DNA of 58,456 bases from Bacteroidota bacterium (GCA_041176605.1 JBEDCS010000009.1:1-58456); one strand, 5' to 3'. Counted from the first letter of the stretch, positions 26,041 through 39,180 are shown. Notes: generated by a model from the sequence alone, not told the origin. Numbers and translations are program-made.

Positions 26041-28752
26041 ATGAAGCGAATGATTCAAAACATATTCGGAATAGCACTAGCCGCCACGTTAGTGCTTTCT
26101 TCATGTACCAAAGAAACCTCCTCAGCCACTGGTTGGGAATTTAACAACTTCAAAAACGGAGGTTTTGAAAAATTTGATGCCAAAGAACAAGAAGCAGGAC
26201 CAGGTTTGGTCATGATTGAAGGAGGAACCTTCACCATGGGAAGAACAGAGCAAGACGTCATGTCTGACTGGAATGCACGCGCTTCACGCGTGACAGTAGC
26301 ATCATTTTACATGGACCGCACAGAGGTAACTAACTTCAACTGGTTAGAATACATGTACTGGATGCGCCGTGTTTATAACAAAACATATCCACACGTTTAC
26401 AAAAAGTGTCTTCCAGATACACTTGCTTGGAGAGCAGCACTTGGCTATCGTGAAAAATACGTTAGCTATTACTTGCGTCATCCATCTTACCGCGACTATC
26501 CTGTAGTTGGTGTTTCTTGGTTGCAAGCCAACGATTTCTGTAAATGGCGTACCGACCGTGTCAATGAAGCTATTTTAGTACGCGAAGGTATTCTTAGCTG
26601 GCACTTTGCCGATGAAGGCGATGTAGGTGCAGCACTTGTAGAAGACAAAGGCAACAAATACACTTCTGTTCCTGAAAATATGTTCTCTACTGAAAATTAC
26701 TTGAATGGTAATTACAACGTAGAAACTGACGACAAAGGTTATACCCTAACAAAAGACGGTACCAAACTCCCTAAAACGCCAAAGGTAACCAAAGAGGAGT
26801 CTTCACAATATGGTAGAAAACCAGGTTCTAAAGTTCCGCGTGATCCATATCAACTTGAGCAATACGACCCAGTTTACGCTGACAAAGACAACGGTCGTTT
26901 GGGTACACGTCCAGTAAGAATGGAAGACGGTATCTTATTACCTTCTTACCGCCTCCCTACTGAAGCTGAATGGGAATTTGCGGCCCTTGGCTTAATCGGA
27001 AACCTAGATGAAGGAACCGAAAACATCAATGATCGCCGTATCTATCCTTGGGATGGCCACTATGTGCGTCATGACGAAGAACAATACGCAGGTGCTATTC
27101 AAGCTAACTTCATGAGAGGTAAAGGAGACATGATGGGTGTTGCCGGACGTTTGAATGACGGAGCCGATATCACAGATAAAGTGACATCTTTCTGGCCTAA
27201 TGACAACGGTCTTTACCACATGGCTGGCAACGTTTCAGAATGGGTCATGGATGTATATCGTCCGTTAACATCTGAAGTAGCTGAAGAATTTATGCCTTTC
27301 CGCGGTAACAAATACCAAACACAATTGATGGTTCCAGATGGTCTTCATGATCGTCCGGTCAAAGCCAACGAAAACATCTACGATGTGCACGGTATGAAAG
27401 AATTCGTCAATGAATTTGCACGTGTGAAATACTTAGCTTACGCGAACAAAGCCTACAACGATTCTCAAAGTGGTTCACAAAATGGCTATACAGGAAACAT
27501 TCCAGATCAAAAGAAAATTGACGCTGATATCCTTGCTACTGCCGAGAACCATTACAAACTCGTGAACAGCTTAATGAATCAGTATGCTGCAAAGGTAAAG
27601 CCCGCTGACAAGAAAAGCGTGACCGATGAAATAGCTAAACTTAACAAAGCAATTACAGATAAGGATTACAAAAATCTTGCTTCAATTTCTGATGCTGTTT
27701 CAAAAGCAATCGAAGAAGCAGGAAGTGCTAATGCTGATTTACAAACTGTGTTCACAGAATTGCAAAAGCAAAAACCTGCACCAGCACAAAATAGTGCAGC
27801 TCCTAAAGGTGTTAACGATGCTGCTATGACTTCTAGAATTATGTCACGACAAGATCCTAGAGCATACCAATTCAACAAACCTTCTGATTACTATATTTCT
27901 AATAACAGAAAATACAGCAATCAAGAGAAAAAGCAATTTGGTTTCCTAGATACTATCAACTTATTCTTAGATACCGCAATTACTTTGTACAATCAAGGTA
28001 AAACTGTTGCGGCATCTGCTTACGTAGAAAGAGTATTCTTTAACTCTAAATTGCCTAGCCAATTCAAAGATGATTACGGAAATGGTCAGCCACTTGAAAT
28101 GGTAACGATCATGAACGATGCTTATCAAAGAGAAGCTAGTCAAGACATGGACCCAGCAAGCTTTGGTTATTTTGTAAAGCCTACTCCAGACGACGAACTT
28201 ACTAAAACTGCACTTTTCGAGGCTACCTCGATTAACTACAATTTTGCAGCTTACTTTGCTGATCCTGAACTAACTACTTGGGTACAAACTTTAAGAAACG
28301 GTCTCAGTGAATTTGTTACCACTACAAAAGGTAGCCAACGTTGGAGAGATGTTACTGTAGAAGAAAATGTTGGTCGCATCAACTACCGCAAGGACGACTA
28401 CATCGATTACCTTGATGGCGACATCGAATCTTCTATCTACTATAATAACAACAAGAGAAAAGAAGAAATCAACAACGGTATACGCGACCCTAAATTAGTT
28501 ATGTACCAAAGTGAGCACGAAAACTTCAACCTCAACAACGATCAAATCAATGCTGGTAAAGCTGGATGGCCAACAACACTTATCTCTGACAAGAGCCGTG
28601 TTTACAAAGGTGGTTCATGGGCAGACAGAGCCTACTGGTTGTCTGCTGGTAACCGTCGCTTCCTAGACGAAGACAAAGCATCGGCAACTATTGGTTTCCG
28701 TTGTGCAATGGACAGAGTCGGAAGTTCTAGAAGACCAGATCTCAAAGAATAA
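26041..28752 (+). CDS. gldJ: Gliding-motility/T9SS lipoprotein GldJ (FGE-sulfatase/SUMF1-like fold) with a large internal insertion
   Basis: Lipobox VLSSC. Split SUMF1-like motifs (GGTFTMG, YPVVGVSW, RLPTEAEWEFAA, MAGNVSEWV, VYKGGSWADRAYW, GFRCAM). Adjacent to porU/porV and murF. 903 aa. Confidence 0.8.
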   Translation: MKRMIQNIFGIALAATLVLSSCTKETSSATGWEFNNFKNGGFEKFDAKEQEAGPGLVMIEGGTFTMGRTEQDVMSDWNARASRVTVASFYMDRTEVTNFNWLEYMYWMRRVYNKTYPHVYKKCLPDTLAWRAALGYREKYVSYYLRHPSYRDYPVVGVSWLQANDFCKWRTDRVNEAILVREGILSWHFADEGDVGAALVEDKGNKYTSVPENMFSTENYLNGNYNVETDDKGYTLTKDGTKLPKTPKVTKEESSQYGRKPGSKVPRDPYQLEQYDPVYADKDNGRLGTRPVRMEDGILLPSYRLPTEAEWEFAALGLIGNLDEGTENINDRRIYPWDGHYVRHDEEQYAGAIQANFMRGKGDMMGVAGRLNDGADITDKVTSFWPNDNGLYHMAGNVSEWVMDVYRPLTSEVAEEFMPFRGNKYQTQLMVPDGLHDRPVKANENIYDVHGMKEFVNEFARVKYLAYANKAYNDSQSGSQNGYTGNIPDQKKIDADILATAENHYKLVNSLMNQYAAKVKPADKKSVTDEIAKLNKAITDKDYKNLASISDAVSKAIEEAGSANADLQTVFTELQKQKPAPAQNSAAPKGVNDAAMTSRIMSRQDPRAYQFNKPSDYYISNNRKYSNQEKKQFGFLDTINLFLDTAITLYNQGKTVAASAYVERVFFNSKLPSQFKDDYGNGQPLEMVTIMNDAYQREASQDMDPASFGYFVKPTPDDELTKTALFEATSINYNFAAYFADPELTTWVQTLRNGLSEFVTTTKGSQRWRDVTVEENVGRINYRKDDYIDYLDGDIESSIYYNNNKRKEEINNGIRDPKLVMYQSEHENFNLNNDQINAGKAGWPTTLISDKSRVYKGGSWADRAYWLSAGNRRFLDEDKASATIGFRCAMDRVGSSRRPDLKE

Positions 28753-28770
28753 TTCAATTGAATCATATAA

Positions 28771-28797
28771 AAGCCCGTTTAGTCGGGCTTTTTTTTT
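28771..28797 (+). terminator. Rho-independent terminator after gldJ
   Basis: AAGCCCG-tttagt-CGGGCTT followed by a T9 run. Confidence 0.75.
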
Positions 28798-28810
28798 GCA
28801 ATTTTGTCTC

Positions 28811-30085
28811 ATGATTAAATGGCTCGAAATTTTTGATGCTTGCAGTGCAGTGAGCACGGACACACGTCAAATCACAAAAGACTGTCTATACATTTCCTTA
28901 AAAGGTGCAAATTTCAACGGAAACACCTTTGCGCAACAAGCCATCGAACATGGCGCAAAATATGCCATAGTAGACCAACAAGAATTCGCCAACGGCCAAA
29001 ATATTTTTTATGTTGAAAACGGTTTAGTTTTTCTACAAAATTTAGCCCTTGCTCATCGTCGAAGATTTGATATACCAGTTATAGGTATTACGGGGAGTAA
29101 TGGGAAAACGAGCACCAAAGAATTGGTAAAGTGTGTATTGGAGACCAAGTTCAATGTCCTTTGTACCGAAGGCAACCTCAACAACCATATCGGTGTTCCG
29201 CTTACCCTACTCCGACTACAAAAGCAACATGAACTCGCCATAATTGAAATGGGTGCAAATAAACCCTTTGACATAGATGAGCTTTGTAGAATTGCCGTAC
29301 CGACCATTGGGATTATTACCAATATCGGTAAAGCACACTTGGAGGGTTTTATCAATTTTGAAGGCGTTTTAAAAACAAAATCAGAATTATACGATCATGT
29401 GCGCTCGAACAATGGCAAGTTGATTGTCAATTCAGATGATCACATATTAATGGAAGCTGCTCTAAAAAGAAGCCAAGAAATTCTGGGTTATGGAGAGCAA
29501 CAAGGAGAATTACAAGGTAAACTCGCTTATCTAGATCCTTATGTACACCTCTCTTATTCTTTTGAAAATTATTCTTCCCCCGTCATACATACACAAATGG
29601 TGGGTAAATACAATTTCTATAATTTTTTGGCTGCGCTGCGCATTGGCTTATATTTTGGAATCGATCCAACTTTATTGAATGCTGCTATTGCAGCCTATGT
29701 ACCAACCAATAAGCGATCACAAGTAGAAAAAACAGCTCAAAACACTGTCATTGTTGACTGTTACAATGCAAATCCGTCGAGCATGGCTAGTGCGCTTGGT
29801 TCTTTTGTAGAAATGCAGCACTCGCAAAAATTGATCATTATTGGAGATATGCTAGAGCTTGGCCAAGAGGGCCCTCAAGAACATCAGAAAATTCTTGACT
29901 TTGTGGCAATCAATCAACTCAATGCTTACACGGTTGGGCCAATCTTTAAAAGCATCAACCCCTCAGGCTTTGAAAATACAAACCAACTCAAAGATTATCT
30001 TGCGTTGCATCCTATTAAAAACCACCTTGTTCTGTTAAAAGGATCCAGAGGTATTGCATTAGAAACAATTTTAGAAATCCTATAA
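28811..30085 (+). CDS. murF: UDP-N-acetylmuramoyl-tripeptide--D-alanyl-D-alanine ligase
   Basis: GITGSNGKTSTKE P-loop. ATG 28811 (MIKWLEIFDAC...). The track's 28691 start runs through the gldJ 3' end and the terminator. Confidence 0.9.
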   Translation: MIKWLEIFDACSAVSTDTRQITKDCLYISLKGANFNGNTFAQQAIEHGAKYAIVDQQEFANGQNIFYVENGLVFLQNLALAHRRRFDIPVIGITGSNGKTSTKELVKCVLETKFNVLCTEGNLNNHIGVPLTLLRLQKQHELAIIEMGANKPFDIDELCRIAVPTIGIITNIGKAHLEGFINFEGVLKTKSELYDHVRSNNGKLIVNSDDHILMEAALKRSQEILGYGEQQGELQGKLAYLDPYVHLSYSFENYSSPVIHTQMVGKYNFYNFLAALRIGLYFGIDPTLLNAAIAAYVPTNKRSQVEKTAQNTVIVDCYNANPSSMASALGSFVEMQHSQKLIIIGDMLELGQEGPQEHQKILDFVAINQLNAYTVGPIFKSINPSGFENTNQLKDYLALHPIKNHLVLLKGSRGIALETILEIL

Positions 30086-30139
30086 TTTAGATGTGATTTT
30101 TTGACACCAAAGACCAACTATTTTTTGGTCTTCAACTTG

Positions 30140-31222
30140 TCATGAACCATACTGCATGAGGAATGCCTTTAAGAATGGATCGAGTTCTCCGTTCATTACT
30201 GCGTCGACATCTCCCGTTTCTGTTCCGGTTCTGACGTCTTTTACTAATTTGTAAGGGTGCATGACGTAATTGCGGATCTGACTCCCCCACTCTATTTTTT
30301 TCTTACCCGCTTCGATTTCGTTTCGTTTTTCCATACGTTCGCGCAACTCTAGTTCATAGAGCTGAGAGCGAAGTAATTGCAAGGCTTTTTCTTTATTGGC
30401 GAGCTGTGACCTAGATTCAGAGTTTTCGATGATGATACCGGATGGTGCGTGGCGCAAACGCACAGCGGTTTCAACTTTATTGACATTCTGCCCTCCTGCA
30501 CCGCCCGAACGGAAGGTTTCCCAGGATATGTCGGCAGGGTTGATATTGATTTCTATTTGATCGTCAACCAATGGATAAACATAGACAGAAACAAAACTAG
30601 TATGCCTTTTGGCATTGGAATCAAAAGGTGAAATACGGACCAAGCGGTGCACGCCATTTTCGCCTTTTAAGTAGCCAAAAGCAAAATCACCCTCAAACTC
30701 TAGGGTAACTGTTTTGACACCAGCAACATCTCCCTCTTGGAAATTGAGCTCAGTGATTTTGTAGCCGCGTTTTTGCCCCCACATTAAGTACATGCGCATG
30801 AGCATGCTTGCCCAATCGCAGCTTTCCGTACCACCCGCACCAGCAGTAATTTGCAAAACTGCTGACAAGCCATCTTCTTCGTTGGAAAGCATATTTTTGA
30901 GCTCTAGCTCTTCAATTTCTGCAAGTAAGGTTTTGTGCTGGGCATCGAGTTCGGCTTCTTCTGCCATTCCTTCGCGGACAAATTCCATTAATATTTCAAG
31001 GTCAGCAACGGAGGTAGCGGTTTTATCGAAGGTCTCGACCCAATATTTTAGACCGCGAATTTGCTTCATTTTTTCCTCTGCTTTTTTGGGATCATCCCAA
31101 AAAGAGGGGTCTTGCGTTTTGAGCTCTTCCTCTTTGAGTTGCAAGCGCTTTTCTTCAATCTTTAAAAAAGCTTGGATCGTGGATAGTCTTTTTTGAAGCT
31201 CTTTGTATTGTTCTGCGGTCAT
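30140..31222 (-). CDS. prfB: Peptide chain release factor 2 (single uninterrupted ORF)
   Basis: SPF tripeptide (ISPFDS) and GGQ motif (GAGGQNVN). 360 aa with no in-frame stop near codon 25. Confidence 0.92.
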   Translation of the reverse strand: MTAEQYKELQKRLSTIQAFLKIEEKRLQLKEEELKTQDPSFWDDPKKAEEKMKQIRGLKYWVETFDKTATSVADLEILMEFVREGMAEEAELDAQHKTLLAEIEELELKNMLSNEEDGLSAVLQITAGAGGTESCDWASMLMRMYLMWGQKRGYKITELNFQEGDVAGVKTVTLEFEGDFAFGYLKGENGVHRLVRISPFDSNAKRHTSFVSVYVYPLVDDQIEININPADISWETFRSGGAGGQNVNKVETAVRLRHAPSGIIIENSESRSQLANKEKALQLLRSQLYELELRERMEKRNEIEAGKKKIEWGSQIRNYVMHPYKLVKDVRTGTETGDVDAVMNGELDPFLKAFLMQYGS

Positions 31223-31260
31223 GTTGCAAAGTTAAGCATCAAAATGCTTACATTTGCAAC
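31223..31260. promoter_or_regulatory. 38-bp near-perfect palindrome filling most of the prfB-gcvH spacer; each arm carries a -7 box (minus TAACTTTG 31227-31234, plus TACATTTG 31249-31256)
   Basis: GTTGCAAAgtTAAGCAT-caaa-ATGCTTAcaTTTGCAAC, with 15 of 17 arm positions complementary. Read directly from the sequence. Confidence 0.6.
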
Positions 31261-31266
31261 AAATCA

Positions 31267-31650
31267 ATGAACATGAATATTCCAGCTGAACTAAAGTACA
31301 CCAAAGACCACGAATGGGTTAAATTAGAGGGTGATGTAGCAACAATTGGCATTACTGAGTTTGCTCAGAGCGAATTAGGTGACATCGTCTATGTCGAAAT
31401 CGAAACTGTTGGCGAAACACTTGCACAAGAAGAAGTTTTCGGAAGCGTTGAAGCAGTGAAAACTGTTTCTGACTTGTTTTTACCAATGAGCGGTGAAATC
31501 ATCGAATTTAACGAAGCGCTTGAAGGCAATCCAGAACTAGTCAATTCAGATCCTTATGGTGCTGGTTGGATGGTTAAAGTTCGTGTTTCAGATACCTCGC
31601 AATTTGAAGGCTTACTCGATGCCGCTGCATATGCCAACGAAATTCACTAA
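31267..31650 (+). CDS. gcvH: Glycine cleavage system protein H
   Basis: Lipoyl-lysine region VEAVKTVSD. 127 aa (125 if the start is the ATG at 31273). Confidence 0.92.
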   Translation: MNMNIPAELKYTKDHEWVKLEGDVATIGITEFAQSELGDIVYVEIETVGETLAQEEVFGSVEAVKTVSDLFLPMSGEIIEFNEALEGNPELVNSDPYGAGWMVKVRVSDTSQFEGLLDAAAYANEIH

Positions 31651-31674
31651 GCTTAATGCTTTTTTATAAAAATT

Positions 31675-31699
31675 AAAACCGCTCATAAAGCGGTTTTTT

Positions 31700-31701
<2 letters not shown>
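31675..31701. terminator. Bidirectional rho-independent terminator
   Basis: AAAACCGCT-cataa-AGCGGTTTT followed by a T run. The T run overlaps the stop codon of the convergent nuclease gene. Confidence 0.7.
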
Positions 31702-34421
<2,720 letters not shown>

Positions 34422-34461
34422 TTAGTTTGATTTATTTCTTTAAACTCGTGTTAACAAAAAT

Positions 34462-34489
34462 AAAAAAAAGCCCCTCGCAAAAGGGGCTT
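34462..34489 (-). terminator. Rho-independent terminator of the peroxidase gene
   Basis: The minus strand reads GCCCCT-tttgcg-AGGGGC followed by T8. Confidence 0.75.
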
Positions 34490-34539
34490 CAATGGAGTCG
34501 AAAAGGCTTAACTTATCAACAAAATTTCAACGATTTGAC

Positions 34540-35076
34540 TTACTTTTCAATCCATGCAATAATGCTTGGGTCGTTGGGTAAAATTCGTGGGGAAACAACG
34601 CGTACCAGTTGGCCTTTTTCATCGAGTAAATACTTTTGGAAATTCCATTCTACTTTGCTGTCTTCAAGTCCATTCTTCGCCTTTTGTGTTAAGAACTGAT
34701 AAACCGGGTGCATGTCTTTTCCTTTCACGGAAATTTTGGACATCATTGGGAAACTCACGCCGTAATTTTGTAAGCAAAACTGCGCAATTTCCTTGTCTGA
34801 ACCGGGCTCCTGACTCATGAAGTCGTTGGCAGGAAAGCCGACAATGATAAAATTTTTGGTTTTATACTTATCATAAACCGCCTCTAATTGCTCGTATTGT
34901 GGCGTAAGGCCGCACTTTGACGCTGTATTAACAACCATTATTTTCTTTCCTTTTAAAGAAGAAAAATCAAAGGTTTTACCATTGATGTCCTTGACCTTGA
35001 ATTGGTAAATGTTTTGTGTTTCAGACTGGATCATGCTCATTAAAAAGATGCTTGAAAAAATAAGGGTTAACTTCAT
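34540..35076 (-). CDS. Glutathione peroxidase (Cys-type), with signal peptide
   Basis: NTASKCGLTPQY active site and FPANDF motif. 178 aa. Confidence 0.9.
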   Translation of the reverse strand: MKLTLIFSSIFLMSMIQSETQNIYQFKVKDINGKTFDFSSLKGKKIMVVNTASKCGLTPQYEQLEAVYDKYKTKNFIIVGFPANDFMSQEPGSDKEIAQFCLQNYGVSFPMMSKISVKGKDMHPVYQFLTQKAKNGLEDSKVEWNFQKYLLDEKGQLVRVVSPRILPNDPSIIAWIEK

Positions 35077-35158
35077 ATGTTTAGTTTATTTCATAACAAT
35101 TCATTGCAAAGTTAGTTCTTGATGGAACAAAATTTAATGCTTTACGAATAAGTACCTG

Positions 35159-35995
35159 ATGTTACGCTTACTTACTATCCTTTTGCTGCTGCAATCTAAC
35201 GCAACCTTTGCCCAAAAAATAACAGGATTTTGGCAAGGCATGCTGTTTACACCAAATACAGCAGCAATTGAAAAGCAGATCCCTGTTTACATGGATATTT
35301 ATGTGACAAATGGCTTGGTTGACGGTCAAATTCGGATTGAAAACGAAAAAGGCGCAAGTATTTATCCGATTGTAGGGAAGTATGCTGACAACGCAATGGA
35401 ACTTACTACGCTTAAGGCAACTTGGTTTTATAACCCCGAATTTGCATTGACGCCCTACAATTATCAATTGCGCTACAACCCCCAAACGGGTTATTTAGAA
35501 GGCCCCAGTGATAAAGATAATTATCGCCTCATTTTGTTTCAAAGTAAAGGCGAAATCGAGAAAAACAAAACACCTTACTTGCCAAAAGAATGGCTTCAAC
35601 GTTTTGAGCAGGAATTAAAAGACGGCATCTCTGCACCCAATATTCGCAAACTTGAATTGCTTCAATTTAAATTCCAACCGATTTATTTTGATTACGACAA
35701 AGCGATCATCAAAAAAGAATACGAGCCCTATTTGAAAGAACTCATCCGGATGGTAAAAAGTCATTCCGACCTCAGAATTCAGATTACCGGGCACACTGAT
35801 GCCGACGGAAGCACAGCTTATAACCTGGATTTATCGGCACGCAGAGCAAAGGCCCTACTTGCATTTTTTGAACAAAATGGACTGCCCAAGGATCGGGTTG
35901 TGATAGAATTCAAAGGAGAATCAGAGCCCATTGAAGACAATAGCAATGAAAGCGGCAAACAAAAAAATAGACGCGTTGACTTTAGATTTATCTAA
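35159..35995 (+). CDS. OmpA-family protein (uncharacterised N-terminal domain plus C-terminal OmpA peptidoglycan-binding domain)
   Basis: Signal peptide. C-terminal GHTDADGSTAYNLDLSARRAKA...NRRVDF. Confidence 0.8.
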   Translation: MLRLLTILLLLQSNATFAQKITGFWQGMLFTPNTAAIEKQIPVYMDIYVTNGLVDGQIRIENEKGASIYPIVGKYADNAMELTTLKATWFYNPEFALTPYNYQLRYNPQTGYLEGPSDKDNYRLILFQSKGEIEKNKTPYLPKEWLQRFEQELKDGISAPNIRKLELLQFKFQPIYFDYDKAIIKKEYEPYLKELIRMVKSHSDLRIQITGHTDADGSTAYNLDLSARRAKALLAFFEQNGLPKDRVVIEFKGESEPIEDNSNESGKQKNRRVDFRFI

Positions 35996-38620
35996 TTAAA
36001 GTTCTGCAAGCTTAGCCTCTAGCAAAGCAATTTTGTGCAAAGCATCGGCTTCTTTGTTGCGTTCGTTGGTAACAACCTGCTCTGGTGCTCCGGCCATAAA
36101 CTTTTCGTTAGTCAGCTTCGCTTGTACACTTTTCAAGAAACCTTTCGTGTAGTTGAGTTCTTCTTGGATTTTTTGCTTTTCTGCATCTAGATCAATGGCT
36201 TCACCGAAAGGAACAAAAAATTCGATACCATCCACAATAAAGCTATTGGCTTGCGCTACTTTTTCTTGCACATAGGAAAGCACGGATAGGTTACCCATCT
36301 TGACAATGACGCTATCGGATTCAGTGGCATGTGTTGCCTCCGTTTTGATATAGAGTTCTAGTTTTACTTTATTGGCAATGTTATTTTGCTTGCGGATATT
36401 GCGGATATTGGCAATCACTTTTTCATTGTAAGCAAAACGCTTTAATGGAGCTTCATTTACCTGCTGAACCGCAGGCCATGCTGCGATTACGATGTCGTCA
36501 TGCGCTTCGCGTGGTTTCAAGGCGTGATAAAGTTCTTCGGCAACAAAAGGTGTAAAAGGATGCAGAATTTTAAGCAACTGTTCAAAGAAACCGAGCGTTT
36601 GATTTAAAGTTTGCTGGTCGATGGGCTGTTCGTAACCAGGCTTGATCATTTCAAGATACCAAGAACAGAAGTCGTCCCAAACTAATTTGTAGGTTGCCAT
36701 GAGGGCTTCTGAAATGCGGAATTTATCAAATTGGTCGTTGATTTCAGCCAAGACCTGATTGAAGCGGTTTTCAAACCATTCGATGGCAATTTTACTCGAG
36801 CTCGGTTGCTCGATGTCGCGCACCTCCCAAGAAGAAACCAGACGGTATGCGTTCCAGATTTTATTGGTAAAGTTGCGTCCTTGTTCACATTGTGAGCTAT
36901 CAAAAGGGAGGTCATTTCCGGCTGGTGACGAAATCAGAATTCCGACACGAACGCCATCGGCACCATATTTTTCAATGAGTTCGATTGGATCGGGGGAATT
37001 ACCTAATGATTTTGACATTTTACGACCCAGTTTATCGCGAACAATACCGGTGTAATATACATTTTTAAAGGGGAGGTCTCCGAGATATTCATATCCAGCA
37101 ATGATCATGCGCGCCACCCAGAAAAACATAATTTCTGGTGCAGTGACGAGGTCATTGGTTGGATAATAGTAAGAGATCTCAGGGTTTTTGGGCTGCGTAA
37201 GGCCATTGAAGACAGAAATTGGCCACAACCAACTTGAAAACCAAGTGTCTAGGACGTCTTCATCTTGTCGTAATTCTGCAGCTGAGATAGGCCGACCCGC
37301 TTTTTCTGAAGCTAATTTCAAGGCTTCTTCTTGCGTTTGGGCAACTACGAAATCTGCGGGTAAATTGCTGTAGTACCATGCCGGGATGCGATGACCCCAC
37401 CAAAGTTGTCTTGAGATACACCAATCTTTGACATTTTCCATCCAGTGGCGATAAGTGTTCTTGAACTTTTCTGGGTGGAATTGAATATTGCCGTTCATGA
37501 CGTTGTCAAGGGCTGGCTGAGCCAATTCTTTCATGGAAACAAACCACTGCAAAGACAATTTTGGCTCAATGACTGCATTTGTGCGCTCAGAAAAACCAAC
37601 TTTGTTGATGATGTCTTCTGTTTTGACTAAATAGCCTTTGTCGTGGAGTTCTTTTTCGATTTCACGGCGCACTTCAAAACGATCCTTGCCCGCATAGTGG
37701 GCGCCGTTATCATTAAGCGTACCGTTGTCATTGAATAAATCAATGCTCGGTAAATTGTGTTTTTGACCTAATTCGTAGTCGTTGGTGTCGTGTGCAGGGG
37801 TTACTTTAAGGCAACCCGTCCCGAACTCTTTGTCGACGTATGCATCGGCGATGACAGGTATTTCTCGATTGATGATCGGCACGAGAACTGTCTTGCCAAT
37901 GAGTTTCTGATAGCGTTCGTCTTCTGGATGCACACAGATGGCGGTGTCGCCGAGTATGGTTTCTGGTCTGGTGGTGGCAATCGTTAAAAACTGATCTTGT
38001 TCGCCTACAATTTTGTAACGAACATAGAATAGTTTTGAGTTGACTTCTTTGTAGTTCACCTCTTCATCAGAGAGCGCGGTAAGGGCTTCTGGATCCCAGT
38101 TAACCATACGGATGCCGCGATATATTTTACCTTTTTGATAAAGATCAATGAATACCTGAATAACCGATTGTGAATATTCTGGATCCATGGTGAAATGCGT
38201 GCGTTCCCAATCACAAGATGCTCCTAATCTTTTGAGTTGCTCAAGGATGATGCCGCCGTGTTTTTCTTTCCATTCAAACGCATGGGCTAAAAATTCATCG
38301 CGGGTAAGGTCTGATTTGGAGATGCCTTCAGCTTTTAATTTCTGAACCACTTTTGCCTCGGTTGCAATAGAAGCGTGGTCTGTGCCAGGCACCCAACAGG
38401 CGTTTTTTCCGAGCATACGAGCTCTACGCACCAAGACATCTTGAATGGTGTTATTGAGCATGTGCCCCATATGTAACACGCCGGTTACATTGGGTGGAGG
38501 AATGACTACGGTGTATGGTTCGCGGTGATCTGGGGTCGAATGAAAATAACCCTTTTCAATCCAGTGTTGATACCATTTTTCTTGCGCTAGTTGCGGCTCG
38601 TAGTTTTTTGCAATCTCCAT
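35996..38620 (-). CDS. valS: Valine--tRNA ligase
   Basis: HIGH-type motif (LHMGHMLN), KMSKS, C-terminal coiled coil. 874 aa. Confidence 0.97.
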   Translation of the reverse strand: MEIAKNYEPQLAQEKWYQHWIEKGYFHSTPDHREPYTVVIPPPNVTGVLHMGHMLNNTIQDVLVRRARMLGKNACWVPGTDHASIATEAKVVQKLKAEGISKSDLTRDEFLAHAFEWKEKHGGIILEQLKRLGASCDWERTHFTMDPEYSQSVIQVFIDLYQKGKIYRGIRMVNWDPEALTALSDEEVNYKEVNSKLFYVRYKIVGEQDQFLTIATTRPETILGDTAICVHPEDERYQKLIGKTVLVPIINREIPVIADAYVDKEFGTGCLKVTPAHDTNDYELGQKHNLPSIDLFNDNGTLNDNGAHYAGKDRFEVRREIEKELHDKGYLVKTEDIINKVGFSERTNAVIEPKLSLQWFVSMKELAQPALDNVMNGNIQFHPEKFKNTYRHWMENVKDWCISRQLWWGHRIPAWYYSNLPADFVVAQTQEEALKLASEKAGRPISAAELRQDEDVLDTWFSSWLWPISVFNGLTQPKNPEISYYYPTNDLVTAPEIMFFWVARMIIAGYEYLGDLPFKNVYYTGIVRDKLGRKMSKSLGNSPDPIELIEKYGADGVRVGILISSPAGNDLPFDSSQCEQGRNFTNKIWNAYRLVSSWEVRDIEQPSSSKIAIEWFENRFNQVLAEINDQFDKFRISEALMATYKLVWDDFCSWYLEMIKPGYEQPIDQQTLNQTLGFFEQLLKILHPFTPFVAEELYHALKPREAHDDIVIAAWPAVQQVNEAPLKRFAYNEKVIANIRNIRKQNNIANKVKLELYIKTEATHATESDSVIVKMGNLSVLSYVQEKVAQANSFIVDGIEFFVPFGEAIDLDAEKQKIQEELNYTKGFLKSVQAKLTNEKFMAGAPEQVVTNERNKEADALHKIALLEAKLAEL

Positions 38621-38677
38621 GACTCTGCTTGTAAAAGTGCAAAGATAGCAAATATCTAGGCGCTAGCGCAAGCAGTT

Positions 38678-39091
38678 TTAGTTGATTACAGGTGAGTCTG
38701 AAGGGGAAAGCACTGTGCCTTTAATTGTTAGCACAATTGGGTCACCGACATTAGAGAATACAGTAATTGTTTTGGTAAACCCACCCACTCTTTTGGTATC
38801 GTAATGAACTTTAATGAGTCCTTTTTTTCCTTTTCTAATTGGAGTTTCTGGGCGCTCTGCGGCTGTACAACCACAACTAGTCTGGACGTTGGTAATGACC
38901 GCAGCTTTTTTAGAAGTGTTTTTAAATTCAAAAACAAAGAGGTCTTCAGAACCGTATGGAATGTTCTGTCTTTCAATTTCTAAGACAGTAAATTTAAGCG
39001 GTGGCTGTGCTTCTTTTTTTGCTTTGGGTTGTGCCTGAGCAAATAATGCTGTGCTCAAAACAAGGAAGAAAGAGAGATTTAGGTATTTCAT
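38678..39091 (-). CDS. DUF1573-family secreted protein
   Basis: Signal peptide and the characteristic TSCGCT motif in an Ig-like-sized domain. 137 aa. Confidence 0.7.
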   Translation of the reverse strand: MKYLNLSFFLVLSTALFAQAQPKAKKEAQPPLKFTVLEIERQNIPYGSEDLFVFEFKNTSKKAAVITNVQTSCGCTAAERPETPIRKGKKGLIKVHYDTKRVGGFTKTITVFSNVGDPIVLTIKGTVLSPSDSPVIN

Positions 39092-39180
39092 GGTCTTTTA
39101 GTTTTTGAATCAAAAAAATATAATATGCTGACTACAATGATAAACAATACCTGAAGTCAGGAGCTAAAATTAACACATTT

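Noticed and set aside
30086-30139. Hairpin AAGACCAA-ctatttt-TTGGTCTT between convergent murF and prfB.
   Set aside because: It probably helps termination, but it lacks a clean flanking T tract on either strand, so I did not call it a terminator with confidence.
30140-31222. Looked for the programmed +1 frameshift site (CUU UGA C-type, near codon 25) that is typical of many prfB genes.
   Set aside because: The RF2 reading frame is continuous from ATG 31222 (..[15 protein letters not shown]..) with no in-frame stop, and the full 360-aa protein has the SPF and GGQ motifs. This copy appears not to use frameshift autoregulation.
34540-35076. Checked the glutathione peroxidase gene for a selenocysteine (in-frame TGA plus SECIS).
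   Set aside because: The active site is encoded by a normal Cys codon in an uninterrupted ORF.
38625-38675. Perfect 10-bp palindrome GCGCTAGCGC (38660-38669), flanked by the 7-bp inverted repeat CTGCTTG/CAAGCAG, between the DUF1573 gene and valS.
   Set aside because: It is too short and loop-less to be a convincing terminator or operator by itself. It could be a weak terminator or a methylation/restriction-type site, but nothing else supports either.
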